A stretch of DNA of 55,284 nt from Patescibacteria group bacterium. GTDB lineage: Bacteria; Patescibacteriota; Microgenomatia; Levybacterales; UBA12049. The position numbers and the translations under genes are program-made. Under the pieces are notes generated by a model, which did not search any database, was not told the DNA's origin, and worked only from the letters and a program-made list of their open reading frames with translations. The stretch is taken from NCBI GenBank assembly GCA_038063195.1, contig JBBTVO010000003.1:1-55284 (forward strand), written 5' to 3'. Shown here in pieces: positions 9,752-18,143 of the stretch (the first letter of the stretch is position 1; each line of letters opens with the position of its first letter).

Positions 9752-10000
9752 TTATTGATCTTTTATAATTTCAAAAAGTTTAACCCTTGATTTTTCGCCT
9801 GACAGAAGTCTTACGTAATTTCTTTTTACTTTAAAATATTCCGCAAGAGCTTCAATTACAGCTCTATTTGCCTTGCCTTCAAGCGGGGGTTGGCTGACAT
9901 AAACATGTAGGGTCTCCAATAAATCCTTTTCAACTCTTGCCTGCCTGCCGGCAGGCAGGGTCTTTTTCGAATTAGGATGCGCAATAACCGAAATCTTCAC
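9752..10000 (-). CDS. DUF167 (YggU-like) protein carrying an in-frame palindromic insert
   Basis: PPLEGKANRAVIEALAEYFKVKRNYVRLLSGEKSRVKLFEI. GTG at 10000 lies 6 nt after TGTATAAT. The longer track ORF (to 10069) reads through the promoter. Confidence 0.65.
   Translation of the reverse strand: MKISVIAHPNSKKTLPAGRQARVEKDLLETLHVYVSQPPLEGKANRAVIEALAEYFKVKRNYVRLLSGEKSRVKLFEIIKDQ
9940..9959. repeat. perfect 20-bp palindrome CCTGCCTGCCGGCAGGCAGG inside the DUF167 gene
   Basis: Encodes LPAGRQA in frame. Confidence 0.85.
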
Positions 10001-10006
10001 AATCCA

Positions 10007-10014
10007 ATTATACA
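10007..10014 (-). promoter_or_regulatory. extended -10 TGTATAAT, 6 nt before the GTG at 10000 (leaderless)
   Basis: Read directly. Confidence 0.45.
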
Positions 10015-10058
10015 AGATACGGGAAAGGCTTGATTTTCCACCAATCCTCTTGCTTCTT

Positions 10059-10086
10059 TTGCCACTCAATGTCTGTCTGGTATAAT
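10059..10086 (+). promoter_or_regulatory. TTGCCA-16-TATAAT promoter, 6 nt before the ATG at 10093 (leaderless)
   Basis: Read directly. Confidence 0.55.
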
Positions 10087-10092
10087 AGCTTC

Positions 10093-11244
10093 ATGAAATT
10101 GTCGAGGAAAATTCTTCTTCTGTTTGGGATAATAATTCTTGGCACACTTATCTTTTTGGTTTTCCAAAACAAAAAAGCAATAGCTCCGCCGAATATCATA
10201 AACAATCTTGCTAAAGTATCTCCTTCGGTTTCTCAGACTAAGACAGATATTCCAAAAGAAACAGTAATTGCTCAAAATCTCGATACTCCATGGGCAATTG
10301 CATTTCTTCCTGATGGGAGCCTGCTTGTTACAGAGCGTGCGGGAAGGATTCACCTGCTTAATAAAAACGGGGAAGTAAGATCCATAGAATTTTCTACCGC
10401 ACAAAGTGTAAAGGAAATAGGCGAAGGAGGACTGCTTGGGATAGTGCTTCATCCTGATTTTTCAAGCAATCATTATGTTTACATTTACTATACCTACAGC
10501 GGAGAAAATAACAACACTTTAAACCGCGTTTCAAGATTTACATTAAATGATACAAAAATGACTGATGAGAAGATAATTGTAGATCGTATCCCCGGGGCTT
10601 CCAATCACAACGGCGGCAGGATAAAGTTCGGACCTGATAAACTGCTTTATATAACTACGGGTGATTCGCAAGATCCATCACTTGCGCAGGATAGAAATTC
10701 TCTCGCGGGAAAAATTCTGCGTACAACTGATGAGGGAAAACCTGCATCCGGAAATCCGTTTGGAAATTTAACCTATTCATATGGGCACAGGAATCCGCAG
10801 GGGATTGCGTGGGATAAGAATGGCAATTTGTGGCAGACAGAGCATGGCAGGTCCGCTCCGACAGGTCTTGATGAAATTAATCTCATTGAATACGGAAAAA
10901 ATTATGGTTGGGATATTATTCAGGGAAATGAAACAAGATCTGGGATGATAACTCCAGTGCGTAATTCCGGTCCGAACACCACATGGGCTCCGGCCGGAGC
11001 AGCATTTGTAGGAGGTTCGTTATTCTTTGCAGGACTAAGAGGACAGTCTTTGTACGAGGCAGTTATAGAAAATAATCAAGTCAGAGAGCTTAAAGAACAT
11101 TTTGTAGGGCAGTACGGAAGACTGCGGGAAGTAATCTTAGGACATGATGGGGTGCTTTATATTACAACTAGCAACAGGGATGGAAGGGGAATTCCGAAAA
11201 GTGAAGATGATAGAATTATTAGAGTTAACCCCGCTAAATTATAA
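10093..11244 (+). CDS. PQQ-dependent sugar (glucose/sorbosone) dehydrogenase
   Basis: HNGGRIKFGPDKLLYITTGD and YGHRNPQGIAWD motifs; N-terminal TM/signal; ATG 6 nt after TATAAT. Confidence 0.8.
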   Translation: MKLSRKILLLFGIIILGTLIFLVFQNKKAIAPPNIINNLAKVSPSVSQTKTDIPKETVIAQNLDTPWAIAFLPDGSLLVTERAGRIHLLNKNGEVRSIEFSTAQSVKEIGEGGLLGIVLHPDFSSNHYVYIYYTYSGENNNTLNRVSRFTLNDTKMTDEKIIVDRIPGASNHNGGRIKFGPDKLLYITTGDSQDPSLAQDRNSLAGKILRTTDEGKPASGNPFGNLTYSYGHRNPQGIAWDKNGNLWQTEHGRSAPTGLDEINLIEYGKNYGWDIIQGNETRSGMITPVRNSGPNTTWAPAGAAFVGGSLFFAGLRGQSLYEAVIENNQVRELKEHFVGQYGRLREVILGHDGVLYITTSNRDGRGIPKSEDDRIIRVNPAKL

Positions 11245-11245
11245 T

Positions 11246-12349
11246 TTAAACTGATGCAAGCGCGACTTGAGCCTCTTTAAGATTGACATTGTAAAACACA
11301 GCCTTTTCAAATTCTAAGCGCGCTGCTTCCAAATCCCCCTGTTTCTGATAAATTTTTCCTCTTAATATATAAAGTTCTGAAAACGCGCGGTTATGGTTGT
11401 TCAGGATCCGGTTGGTAATTTCAAATACTCTGTCGTAGTTTTTCAGTTCAAAGTAGGCCTCGATTGGTTCAATCTGATACCAAAGAGTTCTGAAGGGGAG
11501 AAGACTTTCTACTTTCTCAAATTCTTCAGTAGACTGTTTATAATTTCCAACATTGGTGAGCGCGACGGACAAATTAAGCCTTGAGTAAATGTCACTGGGA
11601 TTTTCTGCAAGTTTGTTTTCAGAATAAACAACTGTATTTTCCCACGCGGTTTTCTCATCAGCATTAACGCCCAGGATTTGTTCTGCAATTTCTTTTTTAT
11701 CGTTAGAAACTAAAACTAAGAACTCGAAATTAAATTTTTCCCACAAAGCATTAAAGTCTTCATAAGAGTACCTTAAATTTTTTCCCTGAAGAGAATCATC
11801 CTGGATGACTTCCCGGCTTTCATCATCATAACCTTTAATCACTCGGTAATGTCCGATGTCTTCGTTTGGCTTGGTCCAAGTCCGTGCGACAATCGGAATA
11901 TCATAAGTTATAAAAAGCTTAATAAGCTCTATATTTCCCATTGGTCTATGATAGGGAATAAGACCGTATTCTTTCGACTTTTCTGAGAGTTCAACAAGAG
12001 TTACCGACTTATCATCATTGTCACCGGAAGAAATTTGGTAGGGTCTAAGATCTTGTCCGATTTCTTCCTGAGTTTTATTTATTCCATGGTAGGAAAGGAG
12101 CATGGAAAGACTTGCAGGCCCGCAATTATTGAATCTTTGAAAGATATGATAATTATTGTTCAACACTTTTCTGAGGGGAGGAGTTTGAAGCTGGGAAACA
12201 GTAGGAGTTGGAGTGGGTTTTTCTTCAAAAGATGTGGTAAGATTATTACTTACGGAATTGGGTGTATTCTTATTTATGACAAAAAATATTAAGCTTAAGA
12301 CAACAAGTGATACAGAAAAAATAAGCAAAAAGAGTTTCGGCCGAAACAT
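11246..12349 (-). CDS. C39-like cysteine peptidase domain protein with TPR repeats
   Basis: FNNCGPASLSMLLSYHG catalytic-Cys region, H-Y-R-V-I-K-G region, C-terminal TPR-like helices, N-terminal TM segment. Confidence 0.65.
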   Translation of the reverse strand: MFRPKLFLLIFSVSLVVLSLIFFVINKNTPNSVSNNLTTSFEEKPTPTPTVSQLQTPPLRKVLNNNYHIFQRFNNCGPASLSMLLSYHGINKTQEEIGQDLRPYQISSGDNDDKSVTLVELSEKSKEYGLIPYHRPMGNIELIKLFITYDIPIVARTWTKPNEDIGHYRVIKGYDDESREVIQDDSLQGKNLRYSYEDFNALWEKFNFEFLVLVSNDKKEIAEQILGVNADEKTAWENTVVYSENKLAENPSDIYSRLNLSVALTNVGNYKQSTEEFEKVESLLPFRTLWYQIEPIEAYFELKNYDRVFEITNRILNNHNRAFSELYILRGKIYQKQGDLEAARLEFEKAVFYNVNLKEAQVALASV

Positions 12350-12392
12350 AGCCTCTTATTTTATCACGAATAAAAAATTAATTCCTATTCTG

Positions 12393-12959
12393 ATGGTCAT
12401 TTTTTTGATAATTCCGCTGTTTAATATAATTAATCAGCTTTACAGTTTCCAAACAAAACCTATAATTGAAGCTCCGCAAGAGAAAAAATACTGGCTCATG
12501 CTTTTGAGAAAATCAAATATAGAAAAACTTTACCAAGGAATTCCGGGAGATGAAAACAAAAGCCAGCTTATCAAGACTTTTAAAGTCAAAACCGGAATTC
12601 CCGGAAAGCGGCCGACACCGCTGCCACAGCTTTTGGGAAGGCAGTATTGGATTATCACCGATAAATTTGATGCCAGCGAATATCCCGAAACCGCGCCGTA
12701 TTTTCTCAAACTTGATGTTCCCGTAACTGATGAATATCCATACGGACCGCAGCCTTATGAAGAATGTCTTGGAGGACAATGTAATTGGGAGCTCCCCGGA
12801 TATTTCGGCTTACACGGAATTAATAATGATATGACAAGATTGTCTCCTGAAAACGAAGGAAGCTCGGGCTGTATAAGGCATTCGGATGAGGATATCATAT
12901 ATCTTTACAACCTTATAAATCCGAAAGATAATGTAAGGTATTATATAAAAGACATATGA
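12393..12959 (+). CDS. L,D-transpeptidase (YkuD) domain protein
   Basis: GLHGINNDMTRLSPENEGSSGCIRHSDEDI (H..S.GC.R). The start was moved to the ATG at 12393 to remove overlap with the convergent 11246..12349 gene. Confidence 0.7.
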   Translation: MVIFLIIPLFNIINQLYSFQTKPIIEAPQEKKYWLMLLRKSNIEKLYQGIPGDENKSQLIKTFKVKTGIPGKRPTPLPQLLGRQYWIITDKFDASEYPETAPYFLKLDVPVTDEYPYGPQPYEECLGGQCNWELPGYFGLHGINNDMTRLSPENEGSSGCIRHSDEDIIYLYNLINPKDNVRYYIKDI

Positions 12960-14062
12960 CAGAGGAAAACATTAATCCTGAAATGTTATCGGATAAGCCA
13001 AAGAGAAAAAAGCAAATAATAATTGCTGTTATTGTTCTATTGTTAGTATTGATGGCTGGAGGCATGGTTTTAGTTTTGAGACAGGAAGAGAACAGTAAGC
13101 TAAGTTTGGTCAGCCCAAGTTTAGAAACTAAGAAAACCGCAAGCATAAGCCCGACTCCATTTCCTTTTGAAGAACTGACTATTCCATACCTAAGAAACAG
13201 AGAATATAAAAGTCATTTGGGAGATCTTAAGAAAGTTTCTGAGAATTCCAACTACACCTCTTATCTTGTAAGCTATAATTCAGACGGTCTGAAAATTAAT
13301 GGACAATTGACTATCCCATCGGGTACTCAGCCGATAGAAGGTTTCCCTGCGATTGTATTTGTCCACGGATATATTCCGCCAAGCCAATACCAGACTTTAG
13401 TAAATTACACTTCTTATGTTGATTATCTTGCGAGCAATGGTTTTGTAGTTTTCAAGATTGATCTGCGCGGTCATGATGATTCCGAGGGAGAATCGGGAGG
13501 GGCATATTATTCATCCGATTATATTATCGATACACTTAATGCATATTCTGCTTTGCAAAGTTCAGATTTTGTAAATCCCGATAAAGTCGGGCTTTGGGGG
13601 CACAGCATGGCAGGGAATGTCGTATCGCGTGCACTTGCCGGTAAACCCGAAATTCCTGCAATTGTTATATGGGCGGGAGCTGTCTATACATATGAAGATT
13701 TTGCGCAGTTTAGTATTGAGGATAATTCTTACCGCCCGCCTAGTCAGAGCTCTGAGGTCAGACGAAAACGAAATGAACTTTTCGCAAAATACGGGCAGTT
13801 TGATCCCAATTCAGATTTCTGGAAACAGGTACCGATGACAAATTATCTTACTGAAATAAAAGGCGCAATTCAGATAAATCATGCGGTTGATGACAATGTA
13901 GTTGATATAAAATACAGCAGGAATTTTACGAGTATTTTGGATAAGACAACGATTGTCCATGAGCTAAATGAGTATCCAAACGGCGGGCACAATTTATCAG
14001 GCGGTACTTTTAATCAGGCAATGCAAAACACAGTGGAATTTTTTGATAAATATTTAAAATAG
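12956..14062 (+). CDS. alpha/beta hydrolase, S9 prolyl-oligopeptidase/dienelactone-hydrolase-like
   Basis: GLWGHSMAGNV nucleophile elbow (GxSxG), N-terminal TM segment, C-terminal H in GGHNL. Confidence 0.7.
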   Translation: MTEENINPEMLSDKPKRKKQIIIAVIVLLLVLMAGGMVLVLRQEENSKLSLVSPSLETKKTASISPTPFPFEELTIPYLRNREYKSHLGDLKKVSENSNYTSYLVSYNSDGLKINGQLTIPSGTQPIEGFPAIVFVHGYIPPSQYQTLVNYTSYVDYLASNGFVVFKIDLRGHDDSEGESGGAYYSSDYIIDTLNAYSALQSSDFVNPDKVGLWGHSMAGNVVSRALAGKPEIPAIVIWAGAVYTYEDFAQFSIEDNSYRPPSQSSEVRRKRNELFAKYGQFDPNSDFWKQVPMTNYLTEIKGAIQINHAVDDNVVDIKYSRNFTSILDKTTIVHELNEYPNGGHNLSGGTFNQAMQNTVEFFDKYLK

Positions 14063-14086
14063 CTTCCGCTTGATTTCCCGTCCCAA
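14040..14086 (+). repeat. direct repeat copy A: hydrolase 3' end plus 19-bp junction motif
   Basis: TTTTTGATAAATATTTAAAATAGCTTCCGCTTGATTTCCCGTCCCAA, about 42/47 identical to 18592..18639. Confidence 0.75.
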
Positions 14087-14182
14087 CAAATTTATCCCAG
14101 ATCTAAGTACTAATTAATAGATGAGTGGAGTGGAGCAGTACGGAGCGATTTATTCCATCATTCGCGCGAACGATAGATCGAA

Positions 14183-14461
14183 TTATCTGAGTTGTTCCAG
14201 TTTTTTTAAGAATCTAAGAGTAGATGCTCCTTTATCCGATAACTTGTGGCGGACATTTTTATTCTGATTTCTCTTGAGAATAAGTCCTGCGATTGCCATG
14301 CGTCTTATGTGTTGGCTTGCGTTCTTAAGATCAATTTTAACCTTTTGCGCAATTTCACTGACTGAAAGTTCAGGTTCCTTCTCAAGAAGTTCCAATATTT
14401 GAATTCTTCTATGATTTGAGTACCCCTTAACAATTCTTTCTAAATGTCTGGTCTTTAGCAT
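14183..14461 (-). CDS. ArsR/SmtB-like winged-helix regulator
   Basis: HRRIQILELLEKEPELSVSEIAQKVKIDLKNASQHIRRMAIAGLI. Confidence 0.7.
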   Translation of the reverse strand: MLKTRHLERIVKGYSNHRRIQILELLEKEPELSVSEIAQKVKIDLKNASQHIRRMAIAGLILKRNQNKNVRHKLSDKGASTLRFLKKLEQLR

Positions 14462-14593
14462 AAATCTATAGTATCATATTCCATCATTCGATAGAATAAT
14501 GGAATGAAAATCTGAAATTGTTGGTTTGAATGATATGTTTTTTATTAAAAATTAAGAATATGATTGGAAAATTTGGTGGGAGGGAAGGGAAGT

Positions 14594-14612
14594 GCTTGAT
14601 TTTCCGCCCCAA
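14594..14612 (+). repeat. 19-bp junction motif GCTTGATTTTCCGCCCCAA
   Basis: Other same-orientation copies: 10028-10044 (variant), 14068-14086, 14990-15000 (partial), 18620-18639, 19058-19076, 19575-19593. Confidence 0.75.
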
Positions 14613-14632
14613 AATGATACAATCCACTCGCT

Positions 14633-14986
14633 ATGAAAGACAGAAAAAGATTCGATTATTCATCTCGTATTTTAAGCATGTATGGGATACCGGCGGACTC
14701 CGATGACGTACTTAGGAAAGTGATAGATGGAGAAATTAGATACGAAGACCTGCCTGTGGATGATGATACTGAAGGAAGAAAAGGATATTTTTTCGAAGAC
14801 CAAGCTAAATTTGTTGCTTCGCATGAAGGGCAAGAAATATTGTGTCAGGTTTTAGATAACGAACCGTGTCGTCAAGACAAATGTCCGATGTTTTTGCCAG
14901 TAGGAGCAACTAGGCCGATGGAAAATCGTTATGGCCAGCCACTTTGCGGAGAGTTCAGGTTTGTTTTTCAAAAAACTAAACAATAG
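14633..14986 (+). CDS. hypothetical protein
   Basis: 117-aa ORF with its own TGATACAAT promoter 9 nt upstream; no recognisable family. Confidence 0.45.
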   Translation: MKDRKRFDYSSRILSMYGIPADSDDVLRKVIDGEIRYEDLPVDDDTEGRKGYFFEDQAKFVASHEGQEILCQVLDNEPCRQDKCPMFLPVGATRPMENRYGQPLCGEFRFVFQKTKQ

Positions 14987-15027
14987 AGAGCTTGATTTAT
15001 TAAGAAAAACCGCGCATAATTAGCCTC

Positions 15028-15828
15028 ATGAATATTTCTAAAAAAATAGATTTTCCATTGGTCACTGCTTTGATTGCAATCTTGCCAATTTATGGCTATT
15101 TCATTGCATATGTATTTGAATCAACATATCTTGGACTTTTAGGAATTCCCTCGGATTTTGTTCAAATCAGGCTCAACTCCATATTCTTAATAAGTGTAAT
15201 CGTGATACTTTTATCGACTTTCATATTATATCTAGCGTTTTTTTTCAGACCACTTTTGAAGAAGCATAAAAATAACTTCCTGTTGTATCCAATAATATTT
15301 TATGGATTGCTATTATCGGTTATTGCGGGGATAACCTATATATTTATGCCTAATTTCATAAAAAATGTTACACCCGTCATCGCAATTTGCTCAGTTTTAT
15401 TTGTTCTTAACGAGTTTATGTACCCACTATTAAAATACAAGACGTTTAAAAATTATAAGGAGCATGTCATTGAATTGAGAAACACTAAAACGAATTCGGA
15501 CAAATCCCAGTTGAATTCGGATAATGCCTACTTGAATCTAGGCTTATTTTCACTTGTAATATTAGTTGCAACATATGGGATAGTTATTGCATTTGCTGGA
15601 GCATATATAGTAAATTTCAATACATATTTAACTTTTGAAAAAAATGGCATAAAGTATGCACTATTGAGAAATGAAAATAACGAAAAAATCGCAATTGAAT
15701 ATAAAAACGATCGTCTTATTCCTGGAAAAATCCTTATTTTTACTTCAGATTCATTAGGCTTAGTATCAAGAAAATTAAAATTGGAAGAAGTTAGCAGAAG
15801 GAAACTTTTTCCATTAATTAGAGATTAG
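15028..15828 (+). CDS. hypothetical multi-pass membrane protein
   Basis: Several hydrophobic helices; TTGATT-17-CATAAT 7 nt upstream of the ATG. Confidence 0.5.
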   Translation: MNISKKIDFPLVTALIAILPIYGYFIAYVFESTYLGLLGIPSDFVQIRLNSIFLISVIVILLSTFILYLAFFFRPLLKKHKNNFLLYPIIFYGLLLSVIAGITYIFMPNFIKNVTPVIAICSVLFVLNEFMYPLLKYKTFKNYKEHVIELRNTKTNSDKSQLNSDNAYLNLGLFSLVILVATYGIVIAFAGAYIVNFNTYLTFEKNGIKYALLRNENNEKIAIEYKNDRLIPGKILIFTSDSLGLVSRKLKLEEVSRRKLFPLIRD

Positions 15829-15832
15829 AATT

Positions 15833-15841
15833 TGTTATAAT
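15833..15841 (+). promoter_or_regulatory. extended -10 TGTTATAAT, 6 nt before the ATG at 15848
   Basis: Read directly. Confidence 0.55.
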
Positions 15842-15847
15842 TTCCTC

Positions 15848-16339
15848 ATGTTGCTAATTCTTACCGGACCTGCTGGGGCAGGAAAAAATACAATAGGCCA
15901 CATCATCGCACAGAAAAGAGAGAAGTGTGCGGTTATTGATGTTGATGACGTAAGACACATGGCGATAAAACCTCATATAGCTCCATGGTATGGAGAGGCA
16001 GGGCAAAAACAAGTTAGGCTTGGGGTTAAAAACGCATGTGCTCTTGCTCATAATTTTATAGAAGAGGGTTTTGATGTAATCATTCTTGACGTATTAACAG
16101 ATGAGACCGGTAGAGCTTATAGAGAGAGTTTAAAAGATTTTAATCCGAAAATTATTATGCTTCTTCCAACTCTTGAGAAAGTCAAGGAAAGAAATAGCTC
16201 CCGTTCTTATAATCTTGCGGAGGATCGTGTTATTAGTTTACACCAAGAACAGAGTGAATTTAAGGATTTTGATGAGAGAATAGATAATTCCAATATTTCG
16301 CCAGAAGAAACCGCAGAAAAAATCCTCCGCGTGGTATAA
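15848..16339 (+). CDS. P-loop kinase (AAA_33 / zeta-toxin-like fold)
   Basis: Walker A LTGPAGAGKNT, Walker-B-like VIILDV; TGTTATAAT 6 nt upstream of the ATG. Confidence 0.6.
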   Translation: MLLILTGPAGAGKNTIGHIIAQKREKCAVIDVDDVRHMAIKPHIAPWYGEAGQKQVRLGVKNACALAHNFIEEGFDVIILDVLTDETGRAYRESLKDFNPKIIMLLPTLEKVKERNSSRSYNLAEDRVISLHQEQSEFKDFDERIDNSNISPEETAEKILRVV

Positions 16340-16352
16340 TTTCCCGTCGTTT

Positions 16353-16862
16353 TTATTGAGCTGTTGATGGCTGTGGATTTGTTAACTGAGGTTTCCATCT
16401 TTCTGCCCATCTATTGATTTCAGTTGGATTATTTCTTATCATAGGAGGGCGAGAAAATAAATCATTTACAGCAAGTCTTATAGACCAAGCTCTATTTTCA
16501 GCACCTTGATAGTGTTCTTGAACAAATCCATCTATAGATCTTTCTAGAATATTAATATCAGTTCTTAATTTTGTTGTTTCAGGGGTATCGACTTTAGTTT
16601 TATAAGTTTCTTTAGTGTAAAGAAATTTTCCGTATTTTGTTTCTTTAGATTTATCCAACTCTATGTAAAATAATTTTAGTCCAAGTAGATGGTGAAGAAG
16701 TTTTACGTCATGCCCCCGAAGCGAAAGTAATTGATCAAACTTTCTTTTGATTGCATATTTTCGTCCTTTTTCTTGAGATTTTCTCATAAGTCTTTCCTCT
16801 TCAGAGACAGGCTCTCTTGCCTTATCGGATTTCCTTCTTAGTCCCTCAAAAATATTTCTCAT
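16353..16862 (-). CDS. hypothetical protein
   Basis: 169-aa ORF, no recognisable family. Confidence 0.4.
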   Translation of the reverse strand: MRNIFEGLRRKSDKAREPVSEEERLMRKSQEKGRKYAIKRKFDQLLSLRGHDVKLLHHLLGLKLFYIELDKSKETKYGKFLYTKETYKTKVDTPETTKLRTDINILERSIDGFVQEHYQGAENRAWSIRLAVNDLFSRPPMIRNNPTEINRWAERWKPQLTNPQPSTAQ

Positions 16863-16924
16863 AAGATGGAAGTATACTTTAAAAACTCAAAATTAACAAT
16901 CGGCGTGGTATAATTTCCTCGGCT

Positions 16925-17140
16925 TTAGACTGCCGGAAGGATTCTTTTATAATTCCCAGCTCCGTAGTTAAGGCGCATTTTTTTAGTATCTGTTTTGAGC
17001 CAACTTCTCTCTCTTTTCGATTTATATTCGTCCTCTCTTACATAACAATGACCTTGGAATTTAATCTTTCCATTCTTCTCTTCAAAATAAATCTCAGCAA
17101 GCCTGCTGTTAATAATTGCAAAACACCAGCTCATAAGCAA
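16925..17140 (-). CDS. hypothetical small protein
   Basis: 71-aa ORF only. Confidence 0.3.
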   Translation of the reverse strand: MLMSWCFAIINSRLAEIYFEEKNGKIKFQGHCYVREDEYKSKRERSWLKTDTKKMRLNYGAGNYKRILPAV

Positions 17141-17154
17141 GAATCTGCTTTGTA

Positions 17155-17163
17155 TGATATAAT
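17155..17163 (+). promoter_or_regulatory. extended -10 TGATATAAT, 6 nt before the ATG at 17170
   Basis: Read directly. Confidence 0.55.
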
Positions 17164-17169
17164 CATATC

Positions 17170-17391
17170 ATGAATAAAATAACTGTAGATCCGAAAATTT
17201 TGGCAGGAAAACCAGTAGTAGCAGGTACAAGAATTCCAGTCTATCTCATTTTAAATCTCTTAGCCAGCGGATATAATTTCGATAAAATTATAGAAGCTTA
17301 TCCCCGTTTAACCCGAGCAGATATAGAAACAGCGATTAGATACTCTGAAGACCGCATGAAAAGAGTAGAGGTGCGAAGCCTCAGTAAATAA
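17170..17391 (+). CDS. DUF433 antitoxin-like protein
   Basis: ITVDPKILAGKPVVAGTRIPVYLILNLLASG. Confidence 0.8.
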   Translation: MNKITVDPKILAGKPVVAGTRIPVYLILNLLASGYNFDKIIEAYPRLTRADIETAIRYSEDRMKRVEVRSLSK

Positions 17392-17393
17392 AA

Positions 17394-17765
17394 GTGCTTA
17401 AATTACTGCTTGACGCTAATCTTTCTCCCAAAACCCGCAAGTACCTAGAGAAAAAGTTTCACTTCAATGTCATTGATCTAGCTACCGAAAATAAACATGG
17501 AATGACTGATGAACAAGTAGTCAAACTTGCCAAGAAAGAAAAGAGAGTAATTATTACTTTTGATCTTGATTTTGGGGAGATATACTACTTTAGCGAAAGA
17601 GGAAAAGTGGGTATAATAGTTCTTCGGCTTGAAGATCAAAGAGTAGAGTCGGCAAATAAAGTTTTAAATAAATTCTTTCAAAACGAATCTAAGAATGTAG
17701 ATTTAGAAAAATCGCTCGTGGTAATTGATGAAAGCAGGATACGGATAGTGCCTAATATCAATTAA
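17394..17765 (+). CDS. DUF5615 (Mut7-C/PIN-like) toxin-like protein
   Basis: LLLDANLSPKT...VIITFDLDFGE; GTG start 2 nt after the DUF433 stop. Confidence 0.75.
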   Translation: MLKLLLDANLSPKTRKYLEKKFHFNVIDLATENKHGMTDEQVVKLAKKEKRVIITFDLDFGEIYYFSERGKVGIIVLRLEDQRVESANKVLNKFFQNESKNVDLEKSLVVIDESRIRIVPNIN

Positions 17766-17865
17766 TAAAACTTTGATATAATTTCCTCAACGATGAATCT
17801 ATCAATTGGGGTGGTGCGAACACAACCCGACATTCTCATCCTGAGTGGAGCCAGAGAATTGTAAC

Positions 17866-17894
17866 TTGACAAAACCATTATTTGTACTTACAAT
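17866..17894 (+). promoter_or_regulatory. TTGACA-17-TACAAT promoter of mazEF, 9 nt before the ATG
   Basis: Read directly. Confidence 0.6.
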
Positions 17895-17903
17895 GTAATT
17901 ACT

Positions 17904-18143
17904 ATGATAACCACACTAATTGCGATAGGGAATTCTCGCGGGATACGTATACCAAAGCCCTTGATTGCTGAAAGCGGTATTTCCGATCAAGTTGAATTGC
18001 AGGTAAAAAAGGGTGAGATACGAATTATTTCAGCGCCTACGAAGAATAGGTCTGCGTCTGCTGCATTACTCCTATCTGAAAAAACACTCGGTGCTGATTG
18101 GAATCGGCCGGAAGAGGAAACCGCATGGGCAAGTTTGCAGTAG
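17904..18143 (+). CDS. mazE: MazE/AbrB (SpoVT) type antitoxin
   Basis: IAIGNSRGIRIPKPLIAESG swapped-hairpin motif; TTGACA-17-TACAAT upstream. Confidence 0.75.
   Translation: MITTLIAIGNSRGIRIPKPLIAESGISDQVELQVKKGEIRIISAPTKNRSASAALLLSEKTLGADWNRPEEETAWASLQ

Noticed and set aside
12213-12392. Long N-terminal extension of the L,D-transpeptidase ORF
   Set aside because: It overlaps the 5' end of the convergently annotated 11246..12349 gene by 137 nt. The ATG at 12393 precedes the TM helix.
17793-17864. Mini-ORF MNLSIGVVRTQPD... after a TATAATTTCCTC box, whose first five residues equal the YchF N-terminus
   Set aside because: It is only 23 codons, the similarity is limited to MNLSI, and it is most likely chance. 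It is kept only as a note that the promoter box here lacks a real gene.
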